Program-made: the position numbers and the translations under genes
Shown here: piece by piece, positions 1 to 13,214 of the stretch
Position numbering within the stretch: position 1 is the stretch's first letter
Layout of the letters: every line of letters begins with the position of its first letter
Notes under the pieces: model-generated
Database searches by the model: none
What the model was told of the DNA's origin: nothing
Seen by the model: the letters and a program-made list of their open reading frames with translations, nothing else
Assembly (NCBI RefSeq): GCF_022045235.1
Contig: NW_027266341.1
Coordinates: 40,114,001 to 40,178,000 of the forward strand
Reading direction: 5' to 3'
Origin: Haliotis cracherodii
Taxonomy: Eukaryota
DNA length: 64,000 bases

Positions 1-82
1 TTCTACAATCATGGAAAGAATTTGTGCGGCATGTTTACCTGGTTACAATATGTAAATATATGCAATAATATCTGGAACTCAC

Positions 83-129
83 TTGATGCAAGTTTTGGTT
101 TGTTTGCTTGATACACTGCCACCACCATG
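83..129 (-). CDS. TERF2IP: Telomeric repeat-binding factor 2-interacting protein 1 (RAP1), coding exon 2; gene continues off the left edge
   Basis: Acceptor ttcattacAG, exon HGGGSVSSKQTKTCI, donor GTGAGT. Spliced to exon 1 it gives ...LKPMIE-HGGG, matching the RAP1 BRCT motif (human ...LSTLILHGGG). Confidence 0.85.
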
Positions 130-636
130 CTGTAATGAAAGATATTCATACATATTGACAACTTCACCAAATGATACATAAATGATTTGATTACAGAGAA
201 ATTCTGCTTATCCATAGAGTAAAGTTCAAAGTTAAAGCATCTGGATTGTGTGTTAATGTCACGACAATCTATTAAAAATTACTAATATGTATAACCCAAA
301 GATTTATTTAACATTGAAACAGTCTGTGCCAAAACTTTTTGTGAATCAACTAGCCTGAACTTATCCTTCTGCATCCCTTCCAGATTTCATATCTTATGTA
401 TGGGCTGGCATTGGCTATGCTTACTGGAACGAAGGACACTCAGCTATTTTCAAAAATTGATTAAAAACTGAACAGATTTCGGAAAGACTTCCGCCCGTAT
501 CCAACCACCAAAAGTTGTATGTGTATGCATTGCTGCTCAATCCTTTTAGTTAAATATATTTTTTTTTGCTGGGATATGAGTAGAAGTCTTCCAGATTTCC
601 TCAAATGACATTGTACTTATTTGATAGATAGGCCAC

Positions 637-920
637 ATATAAGCCTGAGGATCGATAAGGGGTTCCTCGGCCAACCCAACCGATCACAAAGGGGTGTTTG
701 ATCGGCAAGATGTGTCCGACCCTCAGGATCGTGAAGGGTAGATCTATTCGATCAGAAAGAGGTACCTAACTCTTATCGTCGTAAGGGGGATTCAGCGGGT
801 ATGGGAAGAATCTACTCCAATCCTAAAAATCGAAGAGGCACGCGATATCCGTGAAGCGAGTGTCACAGCCGTCAGACCTAACGCTTAATAAGATGAACCG
901 GGTAAACTGCAATGTTGCCG
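637..920. repeat. Unclassified interspersed repeat with internal short repeats, in TERF2IP intron 1
   Basis: Recurring aggatcg/aaagggg units and the block atcgaagaggcac..gtgaag.gag are shared with 26785-26925 and 32505-32805. Confidence 0.6.
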
Positions 921-1172
921 CTTTTGACAGTTGAATTCGTGCAAGGAACCTTTGACTAAGACATTGTGACTGGTGCATGCACAGACGAAACTATATTTTT
1001 TTAGCCTACATGTTACCCAAGAGCCGCAATGTGGTCAGACAATGTGGACCCTAACCCTACATTGTGACTTGACTGTCGGGACCAAATCGCGGCTCTCGGC
1101 TGACATGTAGGCTAAACAAATATAAGTATCGTCTGTGGTGAAATCATAATAACACAGGCGCGTTTCCATTAC

Positions 1173-1289
1173 TTCTATCATTGGCTTCAACCTTTTTCTT
1201 TCGGAACATGGTCGCATATAAAACGTGACTGGGTGACCATTCTCTGATATGAACAAAGTGCGACTGAATTTGAAGTTTACTGCCGCCAT
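1173..1289 (-). CDS. TERF2IP: RAP1 coding exon 1 (N-terminal BRCT domain)
   Basis: ATG at 1289; MAAVNFKFSRTLFISENGHPVTFYMRPCSERKRLKPMIE resembles human STLFVRDDGSSMSFYVRPSPAKRRL; GT donor at 1172, phase 0. Confidence 0.88.
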
Positions 1290-1807
1290 ATCTGAGAAGG
1301 GGTACTTAAAAAGTATTCCCAGAAACACGAACACATGTTCTCTCTATCCTGGTCTTAAGACAGATTGCACATAATGAAGTGAGCACTTGTAAATTACAAA
1401 ATTCTGTATTTCGGCTCTTAGAATATTCAAAGTAAGGCTTATATGCTTAATAGATTAAAAGCTATGATTATTTCATTTCGTTCATTAGTTCGTATATTGT
1501 AACATTGACATTTTAACAAACTCTGTGCATTGCGCTTTGCTTTTGATGAAGACAGATTTAATGTTTTCAGTAATAGTTGGATTGTAGAGGGAATACCACC
1601 TTGTAGCAATTGAACGGCAAAAATCCTTACTGTTATGCAAATCCACGCACATGCACAGTAGTAGTATTACATAGTCAATATCTATGTGTGGAGCTTCTGT
1701 CAAGTTCAGCCGGAAGTTGAGGAGGTCACGCTGACCTATCGGGCTGAAACGAGAAGCCGACCGAAATATAGCACTGTGTTTTCTGGTCTGAAGTGTGTTG
1801 TTCAAAG
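1290..1807. promoter_or_regulatory. Putative bidirectional promoter between TERF2IP and TIMM8
   Basis: Divergent ATGs ~520 bp apart; ETS-like CCGGAAGT at ~1710. Confidence 0.6.
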
Positions 1808-2059
1808 ATGGGCGAGTCGATGGGAGATCCAAGAATGCGACACTTCGTCGAACAAGAGACCCAGAAACAACGATTCCAGCAACTTGTTCATGGCTTGACA
1901 GACAAATGTTTTGAAATGTGTGTTGACAAACCCGGACAGAAACTGGACTCCAGAACAGAAACATGTATGGTTAACTGTGTTGAGAGGTTCATAGATACAA
2001 CTAACTATGTTGTAAACAGACTTGAAAACACAAGGAGCTCAACGGGAGATTTGAACTGA
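1808..2059 (+). CDS. TIMM8: Mitochondrial small Tim chaperone Tim8 (83 aa, intronless CDS)
   Basis: [26 protein letters not shown]...[12 protein letters not shown]: twin CX3C motif and Tim8 signature; AATAAA at 2260-2265. Confidence 0.96.
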   Translation: MGESMGDPRMRHFVEQETQKQRFQQLVHGLTDKCFEMCVDKPGQKLDSRTETCMVNCVERFIDTTNYVVNRLENTRSSTGDLN

Positions 2060-3659
2060 TGATTATACGGGGATGTGACGAATTTGGTGGTCGTATCTGT
2101 CTGTTAATGTCATCTTACATGATGCATCGGACAGTAATTTAGAGAGACATATGGTCTCTGTCTACAAATAGACAATCTACCAATTATGCAAGATGGTCAT
2201 AATCTGAAATGAACCCCTGTCTGTAAACACCATATCTTGTTCATAATCTTTTGTCATAGAATAAAACCTTATGAGTGTATGACTTTGTTGTTTGTATCCT
2301 TATGTTTTAGATATAGGCCTAGGACAAATGTTAAATTAAGCTCTGTAGCATGATGCAGTTTCTCGTGTCCGGCATGTCAGAGGCTAAATTTTTCCAATAT
2401 TTATAAATAATTTGAGAAGTTCCAAATCAGAATGACCGAATGTCTGTATACATGGTATAATGTTATGAATATGTAGCTGTTGAAAAGTATCTGCTTTGTG
2501 AATTTTCTGCAGGCCTCAATACTGGCTACCAGTATTTTTTATCATGTAGCCAGTGGTAAAATCAACAAGACAAGCCCAAATGTAAGGTAGCCAAATAGTT
2601 TTGAAATTATCTTTTATCAAATAACTATTATAATATGTACAAGATGACGGACTAGACTAGATGGCATAGGTATATCCTTGCTTATCCAGTGAGCATTGTC
2701 AACTAAAATAAAATGGTAATTACATTATAATTATGTATTTCTGACATTGTCGACTTTAGGAGGAATTATTCGCAAGTATGGTTATTATTAGCAGACATGT
2801 TTTCCACGATCTGCTGTTCTTTTCATTGGCATGCAGGAGACAGGAATCTGTCATTAACAGATTTCTATATAGGTCTTCGACAATGTGTTTAGATCATAAC
2901 TTAATATATACGAAGTGTTAGACATTAAAAGCCAAAACCGTTCTTGTAAATGGTGTTACCATTTCATTATGCAATTAATATTTTTCCAGGTTCACTCTTT
3001 TGTTAAATTAGCAACATTAAAATAATTTATTTCCCGCAAAAGGTGCTCCGCAACATGAAGAAATACCTCCATTTTTTAAATTTTGTATGAATAACTCGTT
3101 CATTGAAGACTGTCATATGAGACACCGCTAGACAGCTTGTTTTTTCACCAACACGGTTGTAACATCACCTTCAGTCTTTTCGTATCTGTAAGAATACTAA
3201 AATGGAATTTTATTGGATAAAAGTTGGTTTCTAATGTCTAAGTATGAAGCAATGGAATTTAGTCGCCACAAGATATTTTTCAAGGTAGCCATTTGACGAC
3301 CTCTGCATTTTTAGTCAGAAAACAAATTGAAGTTTAGGTCGCAGCCACTGAAAACATTTAGTGTTAGGGATATTTTGGTTTTTTTTGCCTGGCTTTGACA
3401 GCAGTTGCACTTATGTACAAATGGGCGCCATTATGTGTTCGAAGCAGAACTTGTAAACCATGCAATATTTCTTCATGAAGTGTATACAATTCAGGCATGG
3501 ACTGAACTTGAGCCTTTTGTTATTCCAAAAATTTTGTATTTTCTATCTTTTGCATTTTCAGTGCAGCAAGTTGGATTTAAATGAGGGTAGTGTTTGTGTC
3601 CGGAGCATTACTTATTATCTGTACAATATTTCTTTCTGAAATAAGGTATGCTCGTCAGT

Positions 3660-3765
3660 CAGCCTCGGTAGTCTGTGGGATAGGGTGGATGTCTGGAGAG
3701 AGGAAAGTTGATGGTTCGATCCCAGCCATGTCATCCAGAAGATGTGAAAAGATGGTACTTGTTAG
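3660..3765 (+). mobile_element. Degenerate tRNA-derived SINE head
   Basis: B-box-like GGTTCGATCCC followed by ...gatggtacttgtt, as in the SINE at 56545-56823. Confidence 0.45.
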
Positions 3766-3864
3766 GCGAACAAAAATAAGTCTTGGTTCTCAGGCACCAC
3801 CGCCTGCATCATCATTAAATGTGCTGCACATTTTGTTTTTATTTCTTTTTAAAAACATAAATAA

Positions 3865-4347
3865 AACAAGAGGCCCAAAGGGTCTGTATCGCTCACCTGG
3901 ATATTTACACAATCATGACAAATATACATTTGCATTGTGCATGTACATAATGCTGCAAATATTTCGTAATTTTGACTCGGACAGCATTTAAAATGGGTGC
4001 ATGGCAAATCTGACTGCATGTATGTGTATTTCTCTTGATACAAATGTAGCATAAAGATCTGAACCGTTTCCATGTTATGATCCAGGATAAATCATGGTAC
4101 CTAGGGATGCTTCCAACCAATGTGGTTGATATCTATCTCTTTGTTCCAGAGAAGAAGTCGTTTAAAGCAATATAGCCAAATTACCCCTACCAGGTATTTG
4201 GCCCTGCCCCTAAGCCCCTTAAGGGGTTAGCCCCACCATTTGTACAATTTGTAATCTTCACCACCGGAGAATGCTTCCAACCAAATATGGTTGATATCTA
4301 TCTCTTAGTGCCAGAGAAGAAGTATTTTATAGCAATATAGCCAAATG
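3865..4347 (+). mobile_element. Non-autonomous Helentron-like (HINE-type) fragment with ~165-bp internal repeat
   Basis: aacaagaggccc...gctcacctg end motif; atgcttccaacc...gcaatatagccaaat occurs twice (4107, 4271). A related opposite end (gacggacaaac...gtgagctcaaaa) lies at ~22790-23048. Confidence 0.5.
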
Positions 4348-4419
4348 ATGATATCAGTTGGTTATTTCAGGATAAAAATATAAGTTTGAGTCCCTAGATG
4401 ACACCCATAATTCAAAGGT

Positions 4420-4800
4420 TTAGTGGAAAGTAAACCCTCCACATGCCCGGATAACAGCCTCCACGCTGAGTTTCATCCTTCCAGTCAGAATTTGTGCATA
4501 CTGAAGGGGCAATTGCAGCCATTCGGGATGCAAAGCTGTTTCCAATTCATGCAGGTTCTATACAGGAGGCTTCAGTGCCTGAAAACAGCTCCAAAGGATG
4601 TCCCAGTGGATTCAGATCGAGGAGGTTGTCACAGCTGAGGAACGATGGGATTTGGCGTTATCATCCATGAACTAAGGCCTTGTGGAGAGTGGGTGGTTGT
4701 CAAAATGAGTGACAACTGGTTCAAGGACATATTTACTGATTCTGTGTGAGGTTGCTCTGTGTGGTGACCAGGTATGGCTTGCAATCATGTGAGATACAAA
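4420..4800 (-). pseudogene. Tc1 transposase C-terminal remnant
   Basis: Minus-strand translation gives FMDDNAKSH...DLNP...LHELETALHPEW...VEAVIRACGGFT with stops, frameshifts and a deletion. Confidence 0.75.
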
Positions 4801-5370
4801 TCCAAAACATTACCAAGTCATACTAATAGAAACAATGCCCTGTTGTTACACTGTCACGTCACATATCCAGACCGTGGAAAGGCTTTCACAGCATTGGTTT
4901 GACCATGCTTTCTCACCAATCGGCTGATTACTGAGTAATGGTAGCCCAGTTGATGCCCAATACCTTGAAGGACAAACCAGTGGATTCTTTACCCCACTGA
5001 TATCCTCTATTGTGCCATGTTCACAGGGAATGAATTTACATTTAAATGCCCACATTTTAGGCCTGAACATAATGCATTTTGTAGAATGCTGCATGCACAT
5101 GCCACAAGTATTCTGACATCAATGTCAAACATTAACAGTCCCATCCTTACAAAAACACTATTCTCGTCATAGTCACTACTGTCATTACAGTTAACATAAA
5201 TGGTGATGTTATTGTTGTCTCAGTTATACTTTCCAGGTGTATAAAATAATATATCTGAGAGTTAAGTGTAGACCAGAATCTCTTATTTATGGACAGGCAT
5301 ATATGCTGATGCCCATTTTGGTGCCCCGTCATACATATGTATACAAATAATATAAAATATATGCAGAAGA

Positions 5371-5913
5371 AATCTTCCCGAGGCAACAGAGTAAAGTTGC
5401 TGTAAAAGTCCAGTTTCCACCCTTGCTGAACTAGGCTGGTAATATGGAGTTACATTTTGGCTGGACTAAAGAGTCTATGCATAGTCCAATCAAAATCGCG
5501 CACTGAAATCGAAATCCAGTTCGTAAACTGTCGTGCAGATTTTGATCGATTGCAGTATTTGCAAAGAATGTGCACCGCCAACTCGTCAGCAGATATAATT
5601 CCAAATCTTTTCATGGTTTTAATCACGGTGCTCATGTGATTTGATGCATTTCGCGATGTAAGACCCGTTTTATCACAATATAGATCTTGATTATCGATCA
5701 AATCGTCCTGACCGGGCGCCACCATTTAGTGTGATGCAAACGCAAGTGATACGAGAGGTGGCATCTGATTGGTCCATAGGAGAGGCTTAGAAGGGTCATA
5801 ACTGGTAATAGCCACTGGTGGCGCTACGATCGAGCCCAATAATTCCAGCCTAGTTCGGCAAAGGTGGAAACTGGACTTTTAAAGCCAGTTAACTCTCTTG
5901 TCCCTGGAAGATG
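5371..5913 (-). mobile_element. MITE with CATCTTCCC-type termini, copy 1
   Basis: ~65-bp TIRs; flanking duplication gcagaaga (5363-5370, 5914-5921); body homologous to 54496-55036 in the opposite orientation. Confidence 0.85.
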
Positions 5914-6405
5914 GCAGAAGACAGCAAACAACTTTTTGGAAGACCTTTATTGTGATCTTGATCTTATAAGTAGGGCACTCATGATCTGTTGAGACCTTGG
6001 TCCCACCCTACTGAAGACCTGTAACAAGTTTCATTAAGGCTATGACATCTAGGATTACCTTGACAGGACCCATCACCAAAGTGTCAAAGAAATTGCTCAA
6101 TGCTATTATGAAGATATGGAAACGAATATGCCACGCAAAATTATTGGATGATTTGAAATAGATATGGAAAGGTTTGTGTAAAGATGCATGAAAAGTATAA
6201 AAGTACTTACATGAAGGAACATATTAATAGCCCTAAGGGAGACAATGGTACTTACAAGTAGATAATTGCTGGGTACAATTATTACCTGGAACTTCAACAA
6301 ATCTGATTATGAGCACTTTGCTAACTTGTCTCCAGTGACCTGTGATGTTGCTTTGACAGGACAGATCAGTAGGGATGTTGGGACAGTGTGAAGTACTAAA
6401 TACAA

Positions 6406-6888
6406 CAATCTCATTAAAATCATATCTCAGTTCTCGCTGCCGCTAAACAAAGATCTGAGGACATCCCATAACGGGTCACGTCAGACCGACCTTACGCGAA
6501 CTCTGACCGACCAATGGAAATACTGACAAGAAGTCGACATTAGCCAATCAGAAGGCAGCTTTCTCGTGCTTTACGGCACTAATTTCAAATTCGCGACTAC
6601 ACTTCAAAATTTTGAAACCTGATCAAAAGAACATTCTTGAATGGCTAATATATGGTCTAGAATGTATAGATTTAGTCGTTAAACCCATAACTATCATTCG
6701 AAATACTTTGTTTTAAAGTTTTTGAGGCTGCATGATTAGAATTCACATTCCGACTGTCACTTTCATGATCTTGTAAGCGACGCTCTGAGTGGTCGGACGA
6801 AAGGTCATTCTGACGTGATCCCTAATGGGATGTCCTCAGACCTTTGTTGAGCGGTAGCGAGAACTAAGATCTGATTTTAATGAGATTG
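6406..6888. mobile_element. MITE with ~85-bp TIRs and 9-bp TSD (Mutator-like)
   Basis: caatctcattaaaatc... / ...gattttaatgagattg; TSD taaatacaa at 6397-6405 and 6889-6897. Confidence 0.88.
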
Positions 6889-9800
6889 TAAATACAACAA
6901 AACAGGATTCTTCAGACAAGATGGAAAATTTATTTCTGCTCATCCATTATGCTGTGGTGAAATCAATATTTGCTTTAAAAATCAGGTTATGATCACAGAT
7001 GAAAACAAAAACAAAAGTAAATAATATAAACAGAGTCGGCAACAACAAATACCTTTGTATTTCATGAAGTTGAAGAGTGGTAATAATGTCCAAGTGTTTA
7101 CATATATATATGTGTGGCAAAGCAAGATGTGACTACAGTAAGGATAACTAAATCCCATTCATAGACACAGATGCAAAGTCGTCAATAATCTACCAGATTC
7201 TGCATTACAATATACTGGTAAGCTTTACGAGACAATACTATGGACTCAACCTTATAATAGCAAGCCATACCCCTCTGAAGATGCCAATATACAAGCAGCT
7301 GTTGCATTGTAAGGTACTAAAGTCATCCCAGCTAACTCTTCTGACTATGATGGTTTATGAGCATAACTAATGAGATACGAAGAATTAGTTTATCTTTCCC
7401 ATTCACTGGAATTGTCTCAGGATATCTCATTCCCAACCACCTTCGAAATCATAAGCAGCTGTTACTAAAAAACAGATGTATCCCTACACAACAAACCGTA
7501 AACAAGCGGCCTTGTCATGACTCATGTGATAGTGTTAAATAGCTCACTATTACCATTCAAATTTAGTATACTTGTTTCGCTTGCACTTAGACAAAAGGAT
7601 GAAAAATGTAAGAAACGTGTTATTGCAATTAATTAATCAACTTTAACAAACGTAAGCTGACAATTATATAAGTCAACATTGGCGAGTGAGAGAATTCATA
7701 ATGTTGGTCACAAGTGTTGACATAACGTTACAGTGGCTCAGTAAGAACATCTTAAAGTTTGAACAAGTTGATGGATGTATAGGGAATATTGATCAAGTTG
7801 CAGTCATAGAATCAGAATCAGAATCCAGAATATGCGATGTCTCATTCCATATCAGCATGTTAAGGATAGACTGAAAGAATGAATGATGAAAAGTAGAACT
7901 GGCAACAAATGAAAGGCAGAGCTATTTATAAAAACAAACTAATTCCTCAGATCATTACAGAACATTTAATACCCTCTATCTGGCTTACCTCATGGGTCAG
8001 AAAGATCCTTATCACACACAAGGTTATGTCCATGTGTGCCTGAGACGACATATCACTCAAAGACAATGATGCACTGTTTTCAAACTGAATGTTACTCATA
8101 CAATGTTGACAGTAATTCACAGTGACCATAGGAATACATGTTTACTATACATTATTTGGGTTTCATATTTTACAGCTACTATCAAACAAAATATTAAAAC
8201 ATATCTATAACCAGGCACATCTAAAAGCAAACAAAATAAATACTCTAAATGTCCTAAATTCCACCTTTTCTATGCTGGCAGTACACTGGATCAAGGCGTA
8301 TGCCATCAACAGTCATACGTAATAGTTTTAGGCTGTAAAAAGTTGTCTGATGGTTGACATTTTTTGTGCAACAGCAACTATGTGAAGGTTTGGTTACAAT
8401 CACTCACAAATATATCTACTGGTATCACCTCACCTACAGTCAGTCAACTGCTTTGTCATAAAAGAAACAAAATCCAGTTAAGTCATAACTTAATTCTGAT
8501 TATCTAGAATTTTACAACTACCATACAAACTTGGGAAGAAAACACAATGTGATACTGTATTCATTATGTTAACACAAACAGATAAAATATCAAAATTGTA
8601 AAACAAATCTGTTTTCTTGAAACATATAATTATTTATTTAATAACTTTTCTTTATCCTTTTGAGAGGTCTTAACAGAGGTTTATGAAAACTGGCCATTCA
8701 GTTTGTCCATCACACACATGTAGCTAATAAGACCAGTTACTACAGAAATCAGATTGATACATGAGGGCACTACCCAAATATAAACAAAGCATGTAATAGG
8801 ACTACTGTAGCAATGTTTCACATCATATCAAACTGGATTTCATAATGAGCAAACACCTGCACTGCACAATTACTACATATAATGTGATGATGAACGATCT
8901 TTTTATGCAGTCTTTTAATGCACAACACTGAATTCAGGGTTGCAAAAACACAAATAAAAAAAATCATTGTGTGGAAGCAAACAACACAAACAGTTGGAAG
9001 GTAACACTGGAAACCATAATATGTTCATAAAATTTTGGGACTTAAATATATGTTTGAAATGTACGCAAAACTACTTAGCGAAAAACCGATAAAAGGTCAA
9101 AGCACAAAGTGAACTAACTACAGCATGTTATACTTTGGGTACCAGGCAATCCACTGCCATGATATCAACAGATTAACCATGACCCTCCCCCTTAGACACT
9201 GGGACATACCATGTTCTTAAACAAATCAAACAATACAATCATGCATAAGAAACAGAGAAGTTTGCTCAACTAATGTCTGGGAAAAAAACATACATCTATA
9301 ACTGAAACTAATATGATTGGGTTTAATGTGAAGGCCAAGTTGCAATTTAGAATAAGATAAATTTAAAACATTTTTATCTAGATCAACAGCCTACAACTCA
9401 GGTGCATATGTCTTGTGATTATTAGCTACCATAAAACATGTAAACATTTTCAAACTGCTGTCCACTTATGGTCTGGTGATGTTGAATTTCATCATGTTGA
9501 TTATACTGAGGAGCTGTCATCCATTCAGTCATTCATTAGTACCCACACTGACGTGATGCTGAACAATAGGAAAGGAAATGGTACTAAAACTAGGATTCCC
9601 ATACAAAGATATTTACAAACTTACACCATTAGGAGTGTAAAAATGAGCAATGCATTATATGCTATGTACAGTTACAGGCAATGACAACAGATGGTATATA
9701 CAACGCAGATAATGCTAATAGTGATTGAAATGTACATCTTTGTGTCAATTTCAATCAAAAGCAAAATTTACAATTTATTTTTACATTGCTGCCACCAAGT

Positions 9801-11249
9801 CATGGCAAGTCACACAGAAGCTAAAGCCACTGAGGGTCACTTGCTTCACATAGGTAGAGTCAGTGAAGGGAATTACTTTTGTAGGACATGCAAGATTAAA
9901 ACCATTAACACAATGAATAACTTCTGTATCAGTATAAAGTCTGGCCCCCAGTGAATTCACCATGTGATAAAGAAGCATAAATACAGTTAACTGACTAGAG
10001 TTTACATGTTCTAGTTGATGTCATAGTCTTTTTTATACCCAAAACTGATCCACCAAGGATTTGTTCCCTTCTGTATTATTATGAAATGTGAAACATGCTC
10101 TTTAGATAGTAGGAGTAGTAGTAGTAGTAGTAGTAAACTCCATTACTAACTGAGGATTGGCATATCATTTTATCAGCGACAGGGCACATCATCATCTACA
10201 CAATTTGGACCAGTATTACCGAAGTAGGGTTAAAGTAACCTGGAAGTTCAATGCAAACAGTAAAAAACAGAGTGCTCATAGGAAATGTATGCTAAAGTAT
10301 GGTGAATTTCTTTGAGTACAAATAATGTACTTACAAAAGGCTTAGTGCAATGACAAGCACTACCCAACAATAACCAATGAAGTCACAATGTTACCTGGTG
10401 AAACATGTCATAAATACTTCTCTTTGAAATACCACAGATTTTACTTCCTTTCATATTCATTCTCAAATGAAACAAGGAGCAAACAGATACCCATTTCATA
10501 CATTACATTGTAATAACTATAATCATCAGTACACCAAGAGCATGGAGAGTAGGAACATCTATAAACAAACAGAAGGTTCAATCCACTTCCCACACTACCA
10601 TGAGTAGTGTTGGTGTACAGCGGTATGTGACACTGCCACCGTTAACCAAGTCACAGACTGATGATAGTACCACAGGAAGCAAGGTGTGCGAGTGTTTGCT
10701 GGATCAGGAATAACAAACATAAGGTTTCTCTCTGCAAAATGCTGTGTGCAATATGCTGCATATTATGAGAGGACCAGTAATGTAAATAGTTATTTCTTTT
10801 ATTTGCTAAATGACATGTGTCCAACACGATGAATAACCCTTTCTATATTCAACATATACTTAATGCCATTATTATTCATGAAAAACAGTCATTTGAGTTT
10901 ACTTTCTCAAAATTCTCCCAACTAGGTTGTTTGATGTTGTGGAGGAAAATGACTTCAGAGATTGTTGATATTATTTTATTCCAAGTGACACAGTAGCATT
11001 TTGTCGCCAGTCACTAAAACAAAACAACTCATCAATCACTACTGACTTGGGAGGAGGAAACAATGGCACATGCCACTGTGCAAGAAAATAATGAAAGTAT
11101 TCTCAAAACACAATAATGATTGAAAGGAACTACAAGATATTTTAAATAATGAGAGGAAATTGGTTTAATGCTGCTTTGAACAGTATTTTAGTTCGATAGG
11201 TTTATAAAGGGAAACACCAGTTCTACAAACACACTGATCCAGCCTTGGC

Positions 11250-11850
11250 AGGAGAGTGCACACACCAGTATAGAGAGAGCTCACCTCAGTATAGAGAGAG
11301 CACACACCAGCATGGAGAAAGTAAGCACACACCAGCATGGAAAGAGTAAGCACACAACAGCATGGAAAGAGTAAGCACACACCAGCATGGACAGAGTAAG
11401 CACACAACAGCATGGAGAGAGTAAGCACACCAGCATGGAGAGAGTGCACACACCAGCATGGGAAGAGTAAGCACACAACAGCATGGAGAGAGTAAGCACA
11501 CAACTGCATGGAGAGAGTAAGCACACAACAGCATGGAGAGAGTGCACACACCAGCATGGAGAGAGTGCACACACCAGCATGGAGAAAGTAAGCACACACC
11601 AACATGGACAGAGTAAGCACACACCAACATGGACAGAGTAAGCACACACCAACATGGAGAGAGTAAGCACACACCAACATGGACAGAGTAAGCATACACC
11701 AACATGGACAGAATAAGCAAAAATGAGCATAGAGAGAAAGTAAGCACATATCAGCATGGACAGAGTAAGCACACACCAGCTTGGAGAGAGAGTGCACACA
11801 CCAAGACAACCCAAACACCAGTATGGAAAGAGTGGACACACCAGCATAGG
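11250..11850. repeat. ~25-bp minisatellite (ccagcatggagagagtaagcacaca) in the probable ARFIP 3' UTR
   Basis: About 24 directly visible tandem units of 23-25 bp. Confidence 0.95.
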
Positions 11851-12115
11851 CACAACATATCAATAGCCATCTAATGGCTGTAAATCCTTACATCACAATT
11901 TGATGAACTCAGTACATCATAAACGTTTTCCCTCAGTCAGCAAATAATACATGTTATCATACTCATATCTGTAAAGGATCTACAGTGCTTGATACAAACA
12001 TTCATCCACAATGTACGTGTACATTATTAGAGATTCAGTTCATTAAACAAATGTCTGATGTGTGTAAAGCACCTTACAATAAAGTCTAGTATTAGCCAAG
12101 GTATCTCCTGCATGT

Positions 12116-12268
12116 TTACTGTTCTATCCATGATGGCTTCTCAGCATTTGGACGTTTAAGTTTGATGTTAAACTGCTTCAGTGTCGTGTCCAGCATAGCC
12201 TCGTTTCCCGAGAAGTAGGCAGACACAGCGTTATGGAACAGCAGCAGCTGTTTGTGCATCACCTTCAC
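12116..12268 (-). CDS. ARFIP2: Arfaptin, last coding exon
   Basis: AG acceptor at 12269-70; [22 protein letters not shown]...KPSWIEQ*, the canonical arfaptin C-terminus. Confidence 0.95.
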   Translation of the reverse strand: MKVMHKQLLLFHNAVSAYFSGNEAMLDTTLKQFNIKLKRPNAEKPSWIEQ

Positions 12269-13214
12269 CTGAAACAAGGACCACAACCATCAACACAACC
12301 ACAAGACAAATGGCAACAGTACTTACGAGTAAAACAGTAACCTTTTGTTATGCCATTACTGATGATTGTTAGTGTTCACAGACTGAAACGCTCATAAAAT
12401 GTTGAATATGGTGGCCCACAGTGATACTCCCATGGCAGCTGGTACATTGGAGTGATCTCCCTTAGTTGTCCAAGTTGCGCCCAGTGCTTGACACCTTCAT
12501 TACCTTACAAGTACAGAGAGCTCCACTGTGAGGAGCTTGTTTACAGTAGTTGATTCACTTCCAAGACATACTGTATATCGCCGTCCATAAAGCGATCCCC
12601 CTGTAAAAGCCTTTGAAATTGATGCTAATTTATATACCCCATATGTAAAGTGAATCGGAATGAAGCACATCACCACCGCATACACAACGCCTACATTTGT
12701 AGCCCTTCAGCGAATTCAGTTAAATGAATAGGTGATAAATAGTAGACAACATGATTTACCGATTAAATTGTATTTCCTTTTCTGCTAGGAATTGTTTCAT
12801 ATGCAGAGATTAAGATTTCTGTGTGTAATGTTTTGTAAACTAAACCGGAAGAAGCTATCAGCTGTACACGTTTTCTGGTTGATACAGTTAAAAATTACCT
12901 AATAACATAATAATATAATGATTGGGAGATTTGTATCTGAAACTATTATTTTATCAGGAAAAATATATTCCATTATCATGTTATTTTAGTTGTAGCTTTT
13001 CTATATGACTATCGTCAGATCTTTTTTTGTATTGAACAGTTTGACCAATCACCGTCGATGCTGCTGCACTCGCGAAAACTTTATATATTGACACATGATA
13101 TGACTTTCAACAAGTCAAAATGTGGCAGTTATGATACATATATCCATTCTCTGTCCATGAAAGTTTGTTTCAAGGCGACAATAACAGTAATATGATCGTG
13201 GTTGCTGTAAATAC

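Noticed and set aside
1485-1964. 159-aa ORF antisense to TIMM8
   Set aside because: Overlaps the real gene and promoter and has no recognisable motifs.
11165-11863. Cys/Leu-rich ORFs in three frames
   Set aside because: Artefacts of the 25-bp minisatellite.
12358-12392. Hammerhead ribozyme core (CTGATGA...GAAAC)
   Set aside because: No convincing stems; other CTGATGA sites such as 55221 lack GAAA.
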